A stretch of 51,010 bases of DNA from a virus (taxonomy: Duplodnaviria; Caudoviricetes). The position numbers and the translations under genes are program-made. Location: positions 1-51,010 of the IMG/VR virus record IMGVR_UViG_3300043219_000087. The stretch is one strand, 5' to 3'. Below are positions 16,283-26,107 of this stretch, one piece after another (within the stretch, counting starts at the first letter, position 1; each line of letters starts with the position of its first letter). Under the pieces are notes generated by a model. It was not told where the DNA came from. It did not search any database and saw nothing but the letters and a program-made list of their open reading frames with translations.

Positions 16283-17224
16283 ATGAGTGCAAACAGAGCA
16301 AATATTAATTGGCATCTAATGAACATGATTGGTGGCAGACCAGTGCCTACGCGTGGACAAGGCGGCTTTATACCTGGTGCCGCGATTTTTAAGACAGATG
16401 GCCGCATTGGTCTTGGGCTATACATCAACCGAGGCACAAAAGATGAGTGTGACTTCCGAGGCGAAAATGGACAGTCACCCATACTTGAAGGCGGTGCTGA
16501 GCAACTTCTTTATGAAGAAGACCTTACGCAAAACTATGATATTGGTGCCATAGAAAAATTACCTGACGGTAGGGTGTTTCGTTATTGTAAGTCTACTGGT
16601 GCTGGCGTTTTAATGCCTAAGCGTGGTATGACTTTTACTGATACTGGCTACATTCCTTACACGTCTTTTGTTGTTGCTGCGGCTCAAGGGGTTTCAGAAA
16701 TTACGATCCCTGCGGCAACTCATGCGACTTTGCTTAAAGACCAACTAAGGGGTGGCTATGTTGTTATATTTGATGGTTCAGCGGTTAATGACGTAACCCA
16801 TGAAATAGTTGGGAACGACGCGGCTGAGTCAGGTGCATTGTTTAAGGTTAGATTGGCTACACCGCTTTCAGTAACAATTTCAACCGCTGACGCGGCTGAA
16901 GTTTATAGTAATCCCTGGGCTGCAATAGCCGCACCAACTGGTGTGACGCTTCCTTTTGTCGGTGTTCCTATGTTTTCAGTCACTGCTGCGGCAACTCATT
17001 TTTGGTTGCAAACAAAAGGTATTAGGTTTGTAGACCCGCAGAATGGTGTTGGTGCTGATAATGGTGGCCTTATTGCTAATTGGCGACATGACGGTACAAT
17101 GCAAAAGGGTGAAACTGCTCTTAATATCACTGTGCCTGGTAACGACTCTATACAACAGGCTGGAATTGTTGTGGCCGGTAGTAAGTCTGGTAATGGTCCG
17201 TTGGTTAATTTAACAGGTTTTTAA
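16283..17224 (+). CDS. virion (decoration/cement-like) protein
   Basis: G/A/T-rich; DGRVFRY and FWLQTKG motifs resemble capsid decoration proteins. Confidence 0.55.
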   Translation: MSANRANINWHLMNMIGGRPVPTRGQGGFIPGAAIFKTDGRIGLGLYINRGTKDECDFRGENGQSPILEGGAEQLLYEEDLTQNYDIGAIEKLPDGRVFRYCKSTGAGVLMPKRGMTFTDTGYIPYTSFVVAAAQGVSEITIPAATHATLLKDQLRGGYVVIFDGSAVNDVTHEIVGNDAAESGALFKVRLATPLSVTISTADAAEVYSNPWAAIAAPTGVTLPFVGVPMFSVTAAATHFWLQTKGIRFVDPQNGVGADNGGLIANWRHDGTMQKGETALNITVPGNDSIQQAGIVVAGSKSGNGPLVNLTGF

Positions 17225-17251
17225 GATTTGATCTTCCACATTTTCTCGATC

Positions 17252-17281
17252 AGGGGAGGGGACGGCCTCTCCCCGTTATTA
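17252..17281 (+). terminator. probable terminator hairpin
   Basis: GGGGAG-N-CTCCCC followed by GTTATTA. Confidence 0.5.
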
Positions 17282-17292
17282 TAAGGTAAATT

Positions 17293-17508
17293 ATGAAACT
17301 TACATTTCCAAGTAGAGGCAAGAATGTGGGCCGTCGTTCTGGTCAGCAGCCGCCACTCACATCAAGGGATTTGAACAATGTGCGGCCCTGGTACGATGGA
17401 CGTGGTGCTGGTGGACAGCGGGACGGATTAGCTAAACGATATTCTCAACAGGGGGCTGGTGCGGCTACACCTGTTGTTGCAATCACAACTGTTACTACGG
17501 TGAGTTAA
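17293..17508 (+). CDS. small virion protein resembling the N-terminus of podovirus nozzle proteins
   Basis: FP..G...QPP.T...NNVRP...GGQRDGL; TAAGG RBS. Confidence 0.55.
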   Translation: MKLTFPSRGKNVGRRSGQQPPLTSRDLNNVRPWYDGRGAGGQRDGLAKRYSQQGAGAATPVVAITTVTTVS

Positions 17509-17510
17509 TA

Positions 17511-20111
17511 ATGGCTACAAGACAATTTTATATTACTGGTGACACGAATAGTGAAAAAGTTGGTGGCACCAATTATGAAGCACAAACTTTTACAGTAGAA
17601 ACCACACACCGCATAATGGCGGTATTATTAAAGATCGGTGAAGTTTCGGCTTCCGACTATGCTGTTGAAATTGCAATACAGGCAGTTGATGAAAATGGCA
17701 AACCTGATAATACAGATTTAATATTGTCTGAAAACACTTATGAAATAGCTGGGCCGGGATTTGGTGGAAGTGGTTCAGCCGGACAGTGGATTGAATGCAG
17801 CTTTGGTGCCGGTTACGTTCTCACGGCTGGTGTTACATACGCCATTGTGCTTAGAGTACCAGATGGCAATACTACCAGTGAATATTGGATTTGGCGACGT
17901 GATGCTACATCCCCCACATACGCTGGTGGGTCACGGTTTCATTCTGCAAATAGCGGAACAGCTTGGACAGAAGACACCACTAAAGATTATATGTTTGCAG
18001 AGCGTGATGGCAGGCGTCTCCACACCCACATTGATGATGCTTTGGGCAGTGGAGAAACCTTAAACGATCAAGACTGGTATAGTCAGTCATTCATACCAGG
18101 TGAGGATTTTACTCTTTATAGTGTTGCCATACCATTATATATAGGTGCTGCTGATACCCCAGGTGCGTTAACTGTTGACATTTATGCCGCTGATGTAAAT
18201 GACCGGCCAACGGGTTCTGCACTCGCTACTGGCACACTGTCTGCTGCTTATATTAATGCACTAACTTCTACTCCATCCGCAGCCGTGTGGTCTGAGGTAA
18301 CATTTTCCACGCCGCTTGATGTGACAAGTGGAACATCATACTGTATAGTTGCCCACGCAGACGATGCTGGTGTCGGTGAAGACGTGTTTTGGAGCGGCAC
18401 AATAACCGCTTCAAGTTTTCCTACATTAGAAGGGGCGTACAGTGTAAACGCCGGTTCTGCTTGGACTGGAGACACGTCAGTTGCTTCTTTTCGTTGTTAC
18501 GGTGCAAATTTCCAAGCTCCACTCTCAGATCAAAAAGTAGTTACTCGAATTGTTGAAGCAGTTGGAAATGAGATATGGTACGGCAGCGGTGAATCACTAC
18601 AGCGTTTAGACGCGTCTGTTGGCGAACTTGATACCAGCCTTCCAATTCAAATGTTTGAGTTGGACGGAAAGTGTTTTATTGCTAACGGAACAAATCTTAA
18701 AGTTGCTGATTTTGTTAACATCAAAATTACTTCAACTAATGTTGGGTCACACCCGCCTGACCATCAAACTGTTTTAACTGGTGGAACGTCAGGTGCACAA
18801 ATGGTTGTGGATTATATAGACGCTGTATCTGGGGCAGTTGTTATTTACGGCAAATTGATGACGACTGCTGAGTTTGAAGCTGAAACCGTGACCGGAACAG
18901 ATGATGATGGAAACTCTATATCGTTCACTGGTACGGCACAAGTAACTGGACCACATTGGTATGATTGGACTGTGTGGGGTGGTAGTTCTGTATATGGCGT
19001 TATGCCAACACAAGCCACACTGGGCAAAGCTTGGCGTGGTCGCCCAGTATTAACTGGTGACAAGGATTACCCGCAATACTGGTATATGGGAAGACAAGCT
19101 AATCCTTATGATTGGAACTATATTTCATTGGATTCACAATCTCCAGTAGCAAGTGACAACGCAGATGCAGGACAGACGGGTGAGCCAATTATTGCCGCAG
19201 TTCCATACAACCGTGATCGGTTTATCTTTGGCTGTACTAATTCAATATGGTTCCTTCAAGGTGATCCCGCTGATGGCGGTAGTTTGCTGACACTCGATGA
19301 CTCGGCTGGATTCTTGGCTGCTGAAGGGTGGTGCTGGGACAAGCGTAATGATTTATACGTGATTGCCACAACCGGCATTCTCAGGATACCAAATGGTTTT
19401 GGTATTCCAGAGAATATTACTGCCGAATCATATCCAGACTTCATCGAAGACTTGAATTATGACAGCACACTGCACAAACTTACATGTGGTTATGACAGAC
19501 TCAAAGACGGATTCAAAATTTGCAAGACTGTGCTGGCTACTGGTGTAAATGAAAATTGGTGGTTTGACATCCGTAAGAAAGGGTTGTTTCCTGAGACCTA
19601 TCCTACTCAGTGTGGGGTTTACTGCCTCCATTGGTATGAAGCACTTGATCCAGACTATCGTTGTTTGTTGCATGGTAGTGCTGACGGTTTCATTAGGTGG
19701 GAAGATCCAACAGCAGTTGATGACAATATAGGTGATACCGACCAGGCAATAAACAGTTATGTCACGTTCGGTCCCTTTGCTTTGTCTAAAGAAAACAGAG
19801 AGGGTGTCATTACAGATATAACGCCAGTTACTGTTGGTAGCAGACTTGGTACGTTGTTAACTGACTCGTCTGCTGTGACGCTCAAAGTGTGGGCTGAATT
19901 GGCTGCTGATGATATAGTTGAACGCTTTAATTCCAATGCCTTACCGAAATTAGCAGCAACTGTTTCTGCTCCAGGCCGAGGCAGGGGGCAAACGATAAGG
20001 CGTGAGGTTCGCGGTGCATATAGTGGTTTGAGATTGGGCAATAGCACCGCTGCTCAAACCTGGGGTTTGGAAGAATTAATACTCAATAGCAGGGATGCAG
20101 GAAAGGTATAA
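17511..20111 (+). CDS. tail nozzle/stabilisation protein (beta-propeller) with two N-terminal tandem beta-sandwich domains
   Basis: Propeller-like Trp/Asp-rich blades in the C-terminal 530 aa; duplicated (A/S)Q(T/S)F...G..Y.IV...S.N.G.AWT.DT unit. Confidence 0.65.
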   Translation: MATRQFYITGDTNSEKVGGTNYEAQTFTVETTHRIMAVLLKIGEVSASDYAVEIAIQAVDENGKPDNTDLILSENTYEIAGPGFGGSGSAGQWIECSFGAGYVLTAGVTYAIVLRVPDGNTTSEYWIWRRDATSPTYAGGSRFHSANSGTAWTEDTTKDYMFAERDGRRLHTHIDDALGSGETLNDQDWYSQSFIPGEDFTLYSVAIPLYIGAADTPGALTVDIYAADVNDRPTGSALATGTLSAAYINALTSTPSAAVWSEVTFSTPLDVTSGTSYCIVAHADDAGVGEDVFWSGTITASSFPTLEGAYSVNAGSAWTGDTSVASFRCYGANFQAPLSDQKVVTRIVEAVGNEIWYGSGESLQRLDASVGELDTSLPIQMFELDGKCFIANGTNLKVADFVNIKITSTNVGSHPPDHQTVLTGGTSGAQMVVDYIDAVSGAVVIYGKLMTTAEFEAETVTGTDDDGNSISFTGTAQVTGPHWYDWTVWGGSSVYGVMPTQATLGKAWRGRPVLTGDKDYPQYWYMGRQANPYDWNYISLDSQSPVASDNADAGQTGEPIIAAVPYNRDRFIFGCTNSIWFLQGDPADGGSLLTLDDSAGFLAAEGWCWDKRNDLYVIATTGILRIPNGFGIPENITAESYPDFIEDLNYDSTLHKLTCGYDRLKDGFKICKTVLATGVNENWWFDIRKKGLFPETYPTQCGVYCLHWYEALDPDYRCLLHGSADGFIRWEDPTAVDDNIGDTDQAINSYVTFGPFALSKENREGVITDITPVTVGSRLGTLLTDSSAVTLKVWAELAADDIVERFNSNALPKLAATVSAPGRGRGQTIRREVRGAYSGLRLGNSTAAQTWGLEELILNSRDAGKV

Positions 20112-20112
20112 A

Positions 20113-20865
20113 ATGGCAGCTATAAATGAAGCAGCTTTAAGAGACTTGTTTAGTTCATTCAAAGGGGAACACAAGTCGGGCATAAATCTTCTGAAGAAGG
20201 TGATTGCTATGTTTGATAAGTCAAGCGTCACAGGTGCCGAAAAGAGGACGCAAGCTAAGTTTGCTCAGAGTGCCACCAGTAGGGGCTTGGCTGGAAGCAC
20301 TGTTGCTCCAGCTATAAGTGCTGGGCTTAGCAAAGAGTTTGAGGACATCCGCGTTGGGAGACTAAGTGAGGCAATGAATAACCTTGCTAATTTCTTTGCC
20401 AGTCCAGGCACCATTGCACATGTAGCTACAGGTGGGTTTAGGGGTGATCCAGAACCAACTGGTGCGGTAATACCTGGATACAACACAGGTGCCGACCCGT
20501 TCGGCGGTAGTTACGTGGCAAGTGGGAATCAGCAGGGGCAGGGCTATCAACCCCCGCAGAATTTTGGGGGAACACGCTCAAATTTTAACAGTGGCCCTGC
20601 GGGATCACGTTTCCGACAGGGTGCTGCAAGTGGTAGTGCTTCTGGTGACGGAAGTGCTTGGGGTAGCACTGCACTTGGTATTTCACAAACACAACAGGAT
20701 GTTAATAGGCGAGCACCAACTGTTGCCGGTATGGAAGCGAATTATGGAATTTTAGGCGAAACAAGTTTGGGACCAGAACCAGATTGGCTCAGAGCGGGAA
20801 CCACCCCAGATTGGGCAGAAGCAGCCGAAGCTGAACAGGCGTATCAAGGTGGCTGGACAGGATAA
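20113..20865 (+). CDS. putative ejection/internal virion protein
   Basis: G/Q/S-rich; SRGL.GST motif; follows the nozzle gene. Confidence 0.5.
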   Translation: MAAINEAALRDLFSSFKGEHKSGINLLKKVIAMFDKSSVTGAEKRTQAKFAQSATSRGLAGSTVAPAISAGLSKEFEDIRVGRLSEAMNNLANFFASPGTIAHVATGGFRGDPEPTGAVIPGYNTGADPFGGSYVASGNQQGQGYQPPQNFGGTRSNFNSGPAGSRFRQGAASGSASGDGSAWGSTALGISQTQQDVNRRAPTVAGMEANYGILGETSLGPEPDWLRAGTTPDWAEAAEAEQAYQGGWTG

Positions 20866-20876
20866 AGGAAAACAAA

Positions 20877-21158
20877 ATGGCTAAAGATGTATATAAGAAC
20901 GCAGAAAAGAATTTGAAGAAGTTACACGCTGGTAAACTTGGTCGAATCGCTAAGCTTAAACGCACAGCAAAAGAGTTAATAATGGGTGAGAAAACTTACC
21001 TTCCTAAAAGTGCTGGGGCTAAGCGGGGTAAGAAACAAATTGACAAACAACGATATGAGACTCGCAAAAAGCAAGCAGAAGTTAAAAAACAGATTGAAGC
21101 GTCTGACAAAGCTTTTAAGAAAAGAGAACCAATGCGTAGGCGGTTAGGAATAAGTTAG
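20877..21158 (+). CDS. highly basic hypothetical protein
   Basis: AAGGA RBS; K/R-rich. Confidence 0.65.
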   Translation: MAKDVYKNAEKNLKKLHAGKLGRIAKLKRTAKELIMGEKTYLPKSAGAKRGKKQIDKQRYETRKKQAEVKKQIEASDKAFKKREPMRRRLGIS

Positions 21159-21168
21159 AGGAAAAATT

Positions 21169-21618
21169 ATGGCTTTAATACCTTCTATACAACCTGGAGA
21201 TTGGGATCAGGTTGACAGGAATTTCAAGAAGATAGTGAAGTTCCATATTGGTCCAGATGCAGTCCCGCAATACACGGGTCTAACTTTAACTGGACTCACA
21301 GCTAATTCTTTAATATACCCAGACAGCAACAAACTACTTACGTCTCTTGGTGTGGCTTCTGATGGGCAGCTTCCTATAGGTTCAACGGGTGCAACACCCG
21401 TGCTGGCTACTCTAACCGGCACAGCTAAGCGTGTTATTGTTACTAATGCAGCAGGGTCTATTACACTGTCTGGCCCTCAAGATTTGGATACAGTGGATAG
21501 TCCTACATTCGCTGGTTTAATCATAAGCACTGTAGACTCTCTGCCGGGAACAGTAATAGACGGCAAGATAATTAGACTATCCACCGATAGCAATTTATAT
21601 TTAGGAAAATCACCCTAA
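21169..21618 (+). CDS. short tail-fibre-related protein
   Basis: About 74 aa are duplicated within the long fibre 21618-24890. Confidence 0.7.
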   Translation: MALIPSIQPGDWDQVDRNFKKIVKFHIGPDAVPQYTGLTLTGLTANSLIYPDSNKLLTSLGVASDGQLPIGSTGATPVLATLTGTAKRVIVTNAAGSITLSGPQDLDTVDSPTFAGLIISTVDSLPGTVIDGKIIRLSTDSNLYLGKSP

Positions 21619-24600
21619 TGGCTAACGACTTTTCAATGGACACTAATTGTAAAGCACTTTGGAGGTTTGAGAACGGTGCGTTAACAGTCGATTCTAAAGG
21701 CAGTAATACGCTCTCTGTGACGGGTTCACCGACTGCTAATTTAGTTGACTTCAAAGAAGGTGGAGCAAGTGCCGATTTTGAATTAGGCTCTCCCGATTAC
21801 TATACAGTAGCTGATGCAAGTTTAGATGCTGGCTTTCCTCTGAAAAATGGCGATACGAACAAGAAAATCTCTGTATGTGCTTGGTTGCGGATGGAAAGTA
21901 TTCCAACCTTCGGTATCAATTTTTTCGGCAAATGGGGAACGGGAACACGCAGTTTGCTCTGTCAAATTACAGGCACATCCGGTGGCCTTGACTTCCGTAT
22001 CCTTTTGGGTCATAATGGTGGATTATCCAGTGAAACAATAATCGAGACAAGCATAGCAGCTTTAACTGGCCGATGGTATCATTTCGGATTCACATATCAG
22101 GATTCGGATAAGTCGTGGAAGCTAAGGATTTGGGACGATACCGCAGGTGCAATCTATTATTCCAACACCGGCCACACTACAAATAACATCAACATCGAAA
22201 ACGCCACCCTTTATGTAGGAGGATACCTGTCAAATTCACACGATGGGGAAATGGATGAAGTGGTTGTCTTTGATGATATTCTTACAAATGATGAAATAGA
22301 CGCGATACGTGCTGGAACATACTCTGGTCTCCAGTGGGCAAAAATACTTACAGCTAATCCAGTTAATATTGCTGATAACGAGTATTGCAAATTAGCTACA
22401 AATGATGTAATAGGTAGGAATTATGCTGAAGTTAAAACAGATTTGGGTTTAAGCACAGGAGACAGTCCTGAATTTACTGGACTTACTCTGTCTGGGCTAA
22501 CAGCTAACTCTTTGATCTATCCAGATGGTAATAAACTACTTACATCTTTGGGAGTCGCTGCTAATGGTAAAATACCTATAGGCTCTGCAGGAACTACTCC
22601 TGTATTAGCTGAGATAACAGGTACTGCTAATCAGGTTATATCTACTGCTGGGGCTGGAAGTATTACTTTGTCTACGCCACAAGACATTCACACTGGAGCT
22701 ACAGACTTTGAAGTGGCTGGCCTTAAAGTGATCAATAAAATCACTGAGTTTTCTACTGATGGAACTATGGGTGGAGATTCAGATAGTGCCGTTCCAACAG
22801 AGAAGGCTACCAAATTATATACTGATACATTGCGGTCAGACCTTGCTTCTGTAGCTAATGCAAAGGGTGCTTCTCTTGTTGGTGTAGAAGACGCTATGTC
22901 TTTATATACTGCTACAGATGTAGAGGCTGCACTTGAAGAAGTAATGGATAAAGTAACCCCTGTCACTTATTCTGCAAATGCTATTTCTACAGTAGGTGGA
23001 ACGCCCTCTGGTAGTGTTAGTGACATTCAGACTATTGATGACGGAAATGAGTACATAGTTACAGAAACTACTGGTGCTCCTAATCCTAATTTTACTACTA
23101 CTGTTACATTTACTGGCATCACAACCGGACACGAAGCAAATAAAATTCAGGCTCACTATTCTTATGATGGCAATCACACAATCAATCTTGACATAGAAAA
23201 AGCTCCTTTTGACGGTAGTGCTTGGGACAATGTTACAAGTATCACGAATACTGGTGGCGTGCTTGCTTGGTTATCTATTGATATACCTGGTAGCATCACA
23301 GACTACAACAACAGCGGTACAACAAAAATAAGATGGCTTCACGATGCTGTCGGCAATGTAAACCACGATTTTGTGGTAGACTACAACATCATCAAAGATG
23401 ATTCTTCTGGGGGCGGCGGTGTAACTGAACATGGTGCACTAACTGGTCTTGGGGATGATGACCACGCTCAGTATCTTTTAGCTGATGGCACAAGAGCATT
23501 GGCCGGTGCTTGGGATATGGGAAGTCAGGCTCTTACTAATGTTAATATAGATAGTGGTGCGATTACAGGCATTACTGACCTTGCTATAGCCGATGGTGGT
23601 ACAGGGCAATCAACTGCACAGTTAGCTATCAACGCTCTTAGTGCTGTTGCTGGTGCTACAAATGAGCATGTGCTTACAAAGGATACGGGCACAGGTAATG
23701 CTATATGGAAAGCTGCTGCTGGTGGTGGTGGAGGAACTTGGATAGATTTAACTGACACCGATCCTGCTAACTTTACGGGAAGTGCTGGAAAAATAGTAAG
23801 AGTAAATTCAACTCCAGATGCTTTAGAGTTTTTCACTGTAAACGATTTAGTTACGGATGTTGCCCCACAAGCTGCGGCTGATTATGTAATGATTTATGAT
23901 ACTACTGCTTCTGCACATAAAAAAGTTTTATTAAGCAATCTTCCTGTTGGGGGCGGTATTGGTTATACAGGTTATGTTAAACTTTCGGATACTAAAGCAC
24001 AGAATACAAGTGGTGGCACGGCTACATCGGGAGCTTGGCGAACAAGGGTATTAAATACTGAAGATATTGATACTGATAATGATTGTTCTCTTGTGGGCAA
24101 TCAGATAACACTTGCTGCTGGGACTTATGATTGTTTGATTTCGGCTCCGGCTTGGTACGCTGGGAGGCATCAAGCAAGACTATATAATACTACAGGGGCC
24201 GCAGTTGTTTTAATAGGAACATCAGAATTTGCTCAAAGTGGCATAGGAGATAACAAAGACCAAACCCGTAGTATTATTAGAGGTCGATTTACGATTGCTG
24301 CTTCTCAAGTATTGGAGGTTCAACACCAAGTTACAATAACACGGGCAACTCATGGTTTTGGGGTTGAGTGTAATTTTACTTCGGAAATTTATACAATAGC
24401 TGAATTTTGGAAAGCAGCAACTACTTCTGATGAATTAATAAAGATAGATGCGGCAGCAACCGCAGGATACTTAGGTGCTGCATCAAACGACGGCGTACTA
24501 AGAACAGGTGTCGGTTTAACATACACGGACGGCGGTAATTTTGTGACGCTTGCTGTTGACGGGTTCAGTGCTTATACTTCTGAGGATTCCGACACGGTTG

Positions 24601-24890
24601 ATATGCTTGTGGCTCATGCCTATCTCGCACAGACAGATGGATTTGTTAGTGCTAATATTATTGCAGACAATGATGAAGTGTTAAGGGCACATGTAGGGGA
24701 TACTAATGATCCCGAAGGTGCAGGGGATATAATATGCCTTACAAAATCTGCATCTGTTGGTGGTAGGATAAATTGTAGTTTTATGGTTCCTTCAGGTAAG
24801 TATTTTGAACTTACAACTACTTCTGCGGAAGTTGCCAACATATTCTGGATGTCAATGGGAGCATTGCAAAAACCTGTAGATCAAGATTAA
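21618..24890 (+). CDS. tail fibre / receptor-binding protein with N-terminal LamG-like domain
   Basis: LWRFE...WYH...DGEMDEVVVFD..LT.DEI (LamG); HGALTGLGDDDHAQY, LAIADGGTG and poly-G linkers. Confidence 0.85.
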   Translation: MANDFSMDTNCKALWRFENGALTVDSKGSNTLSVTGSPTANLVDFKEGGASADFELGSPDYYTVADASLDAGFPLKNGDTNKKISVCAWLRMESIPTFGINFFGKWGTGTRSLLCQITGTSGGLDFRILLGHNGGLSSETIIETSIAALTGRWYHFGFTYQDSDKSWKLRIWDDTAGAIYYSNTGHTTNNINIENATLYVGGYLSNSHDGEMDEVVVFDDILTNDEIDAIRAGTYSGLQWAKILTANPVNIADNEYCKLATNDVIGRNYAEVKTDLGLSTGDSPEFTGLTLSGLTANSLIYPDGNKLLTSLGVAANGKIPIGSAGTTPVLAEITGTANQVISTAGAGSITLSTPQDIHTGATDFEVAGLKVINKITEFSTDGTMGGDSDSAVPTEKATKLYTDTLRSDLASVANAKGASLVGVEDAMSLYTATDVEAALEEVMDKVTPVTYSANAISTVGGTPSGSVSDIQTIDDGNEYIVTETTGAPNPNFTTTVTFTGITTGHEANKIQAHYSYDGNHTINLDIEKAPFDGSAWDNVTSITNTGGVLAWLSIDIPGSITDYNNSGTTKIRWLHDAVGNVNHDFVVDYNIIKDDSSGGGGVTEHGALTGLGDDDHAQYLLADGTRALAGAWDMGSQALTNVNIDSGAITGITDLAIADGGTGQSTAQLAINALSAVAGATNEHVLTKDTGTGNAIWKAAAGGGGGTWIDLTDTDPANFTGSAGKIVRVNSTPDALEFFTVNDLVTDVAPQAAADYVMIYDTTASAHKKVLLSNLPVGGGIGYTGYVKLSDTKAQNTSGGTATSGAWRTRVLNTEDIDTDNDCSLVGNQITLAAGTYDCLISAPAWYAGRHQARLYNTTGAAVVLIGTSEFAQSGIGDNKDQTRSIIRGRFTIAASQVLEVQHQVTITRATHGFGVECNFTSEIYTIAEFWKAATTSDELIKIDAAATAGYLGAASNDGVLRTGVGLTYTDGGNFVTLAVDGFSAYTSEDSDTVDMLVAHAYLAQTDGFVSANIIADNDEVLRAHVGDTNDPEGAGDIICLTKSASVGGRINCSFMVPSGKYFELTTTSAEVANIFWMSMGALQKPVDQD

Positions 24891-24905
24891 ATAAGGAATA
24901 TTATT

Positions 24906-25100
24906 ATGTTGGGACGAAAATATTTATATAGAAGTTTTGGAGCTAAACTGGTTGACGCTCTTTCTCAAGTAATATTAGACGAAGTAAATATTCTTAGAGA
25001 AAACACAGGATTGCCCCCAAGAACTAATACACAGTTAGCTGACGCAATATTAAATAAATTAGAGAATATTCCTGATTACGAATGGATGAAGGAGTTGTAA
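24906..25100 (+). CDS. small tail-associated protein
   Basis: TAAGGA RBS; follows the fibre gene. Confidence 0.6.
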   Translation: MLGRKYLYRSFGAKLVDALSQVILDEVNILRENTGLPPRTNTQLADAILNKLENIPDYEWMKEL

Positions 25101-26104
25101 TGGCCGAATCAAGATTAATGTGGACTGAAAGTGAAACTGGGACACCCAAACTTGTTGAACGACCCCAAGAACCGAGAATGCCGTCTGTTGATGAAACAAT
25201 ACAACGAAACGATAAACAGGCTGCACAACAGTTACAGCAGCAGTATAAACAAGCCAAAACAATTATAGACCGTCAAATCGCACAGGGACGCCAGGCAATC
25301 CTCAATCAGTATGAAATCAGACGCAATGACATGAAGCGAAAGTATGATGCGGAAACTGATCCGAAACGGAAGCAAACAATCTTGGACCAAACCATGTCCG
25401 CAAGATCACAAACTGAGGCAAAAATCCAAGCGTTAGTTGATAAACACGCTCCAGAAAATCAAGAACTTGATGCCAGGATGCAGGCCGAAGTTCAGAAATT
25501 GACGCAACAGGCTCAGATGAGAAACACCAGACTTCAAGCTGTCAGAGACTTAACTACATCAGGAATCATAACTGACCCTGCCGTGGCTCAACAGGCTGAG
25601 TATAAAGCAGCTTATGGCGTGACTATTCCGCTATCTCGGTTCAAGCAACAAGGCCCGTCTCCAGAACAAAAGAAGGCACAGTTGGTGAGGGACATTAGGA
25701 GTTTAGACGCGAGGCTTAAACAATTCACACCTTCAGAGAAAGGTTGGTTGCTTACAACAAGATCAAAAATCATTGACCCTTCTACTGGAGAAGAAAGAAC
25801 ACTTAAAAAAGAAAACCCCGAAGATGCACAGATAATTGCAACTATGGACGCTCTGGATACAGCAAGAAATGATATGATAAAAGAGCTTCAAAGCATTTAT
25901 ATCGCACAAAGTCCAACACTCAGAAAGAAGCTTGAAGATATTCAGCGGTTCAGGGATGCTAAAAAAATAATTGCTAATGGTGGGAACTTAAACATTGAAG
26001 GATCAATTCGTAAGAAGATTGGGGAGCAAAGTAAAGGAAAGAAGCCTGCTACAGATTATTCATCTATGAGTAACGAGGAATTGAGAGCAATAGCTGGGAG
26101 ATAA
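25100..26104 (+). CDS. putative ejection protein (coiled coil)
   Basis: Q/K/E-rich and helical; TAATG coupling. Confidence 0.55.
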   Translation: MAESRLMWTESETGTPKLVERPQEPRMPSVDETIQRNDKQAAQQLQQQYKQAKTIIDRQIAQGRQAILNQYEIRRNDMKRKYDAETDPKRKQTILDQTMSARSQTEAKIQALVDKHAPENQELDARMQAEVQKLTQQAQMRNTRLQAVRDLTTSGIITDPAVAQQAEYKAAYGVTIPLSRFKQQGPSPEQKKAQLVRDIRSLDARLKQFTPSEKGWLLTTRSKIIDPSTGEERTLKKENPEDAQIIATMDALDTARNDMIKELQSIYIAQSPTLRKKLEDIQRFRDAKKIIANGGNLNIEGSIRKKIGEQSKGKKPATDYSSMSNEELRAIAGR

Positions 26105-26107
26105 GTC

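Noticed and set aside
21261-22686. Diversity-generating retroelement TR/VR pair
   Set aside because: Both copies are coding, the differences are not adenine-specific, and no reverse transcriptase is present.
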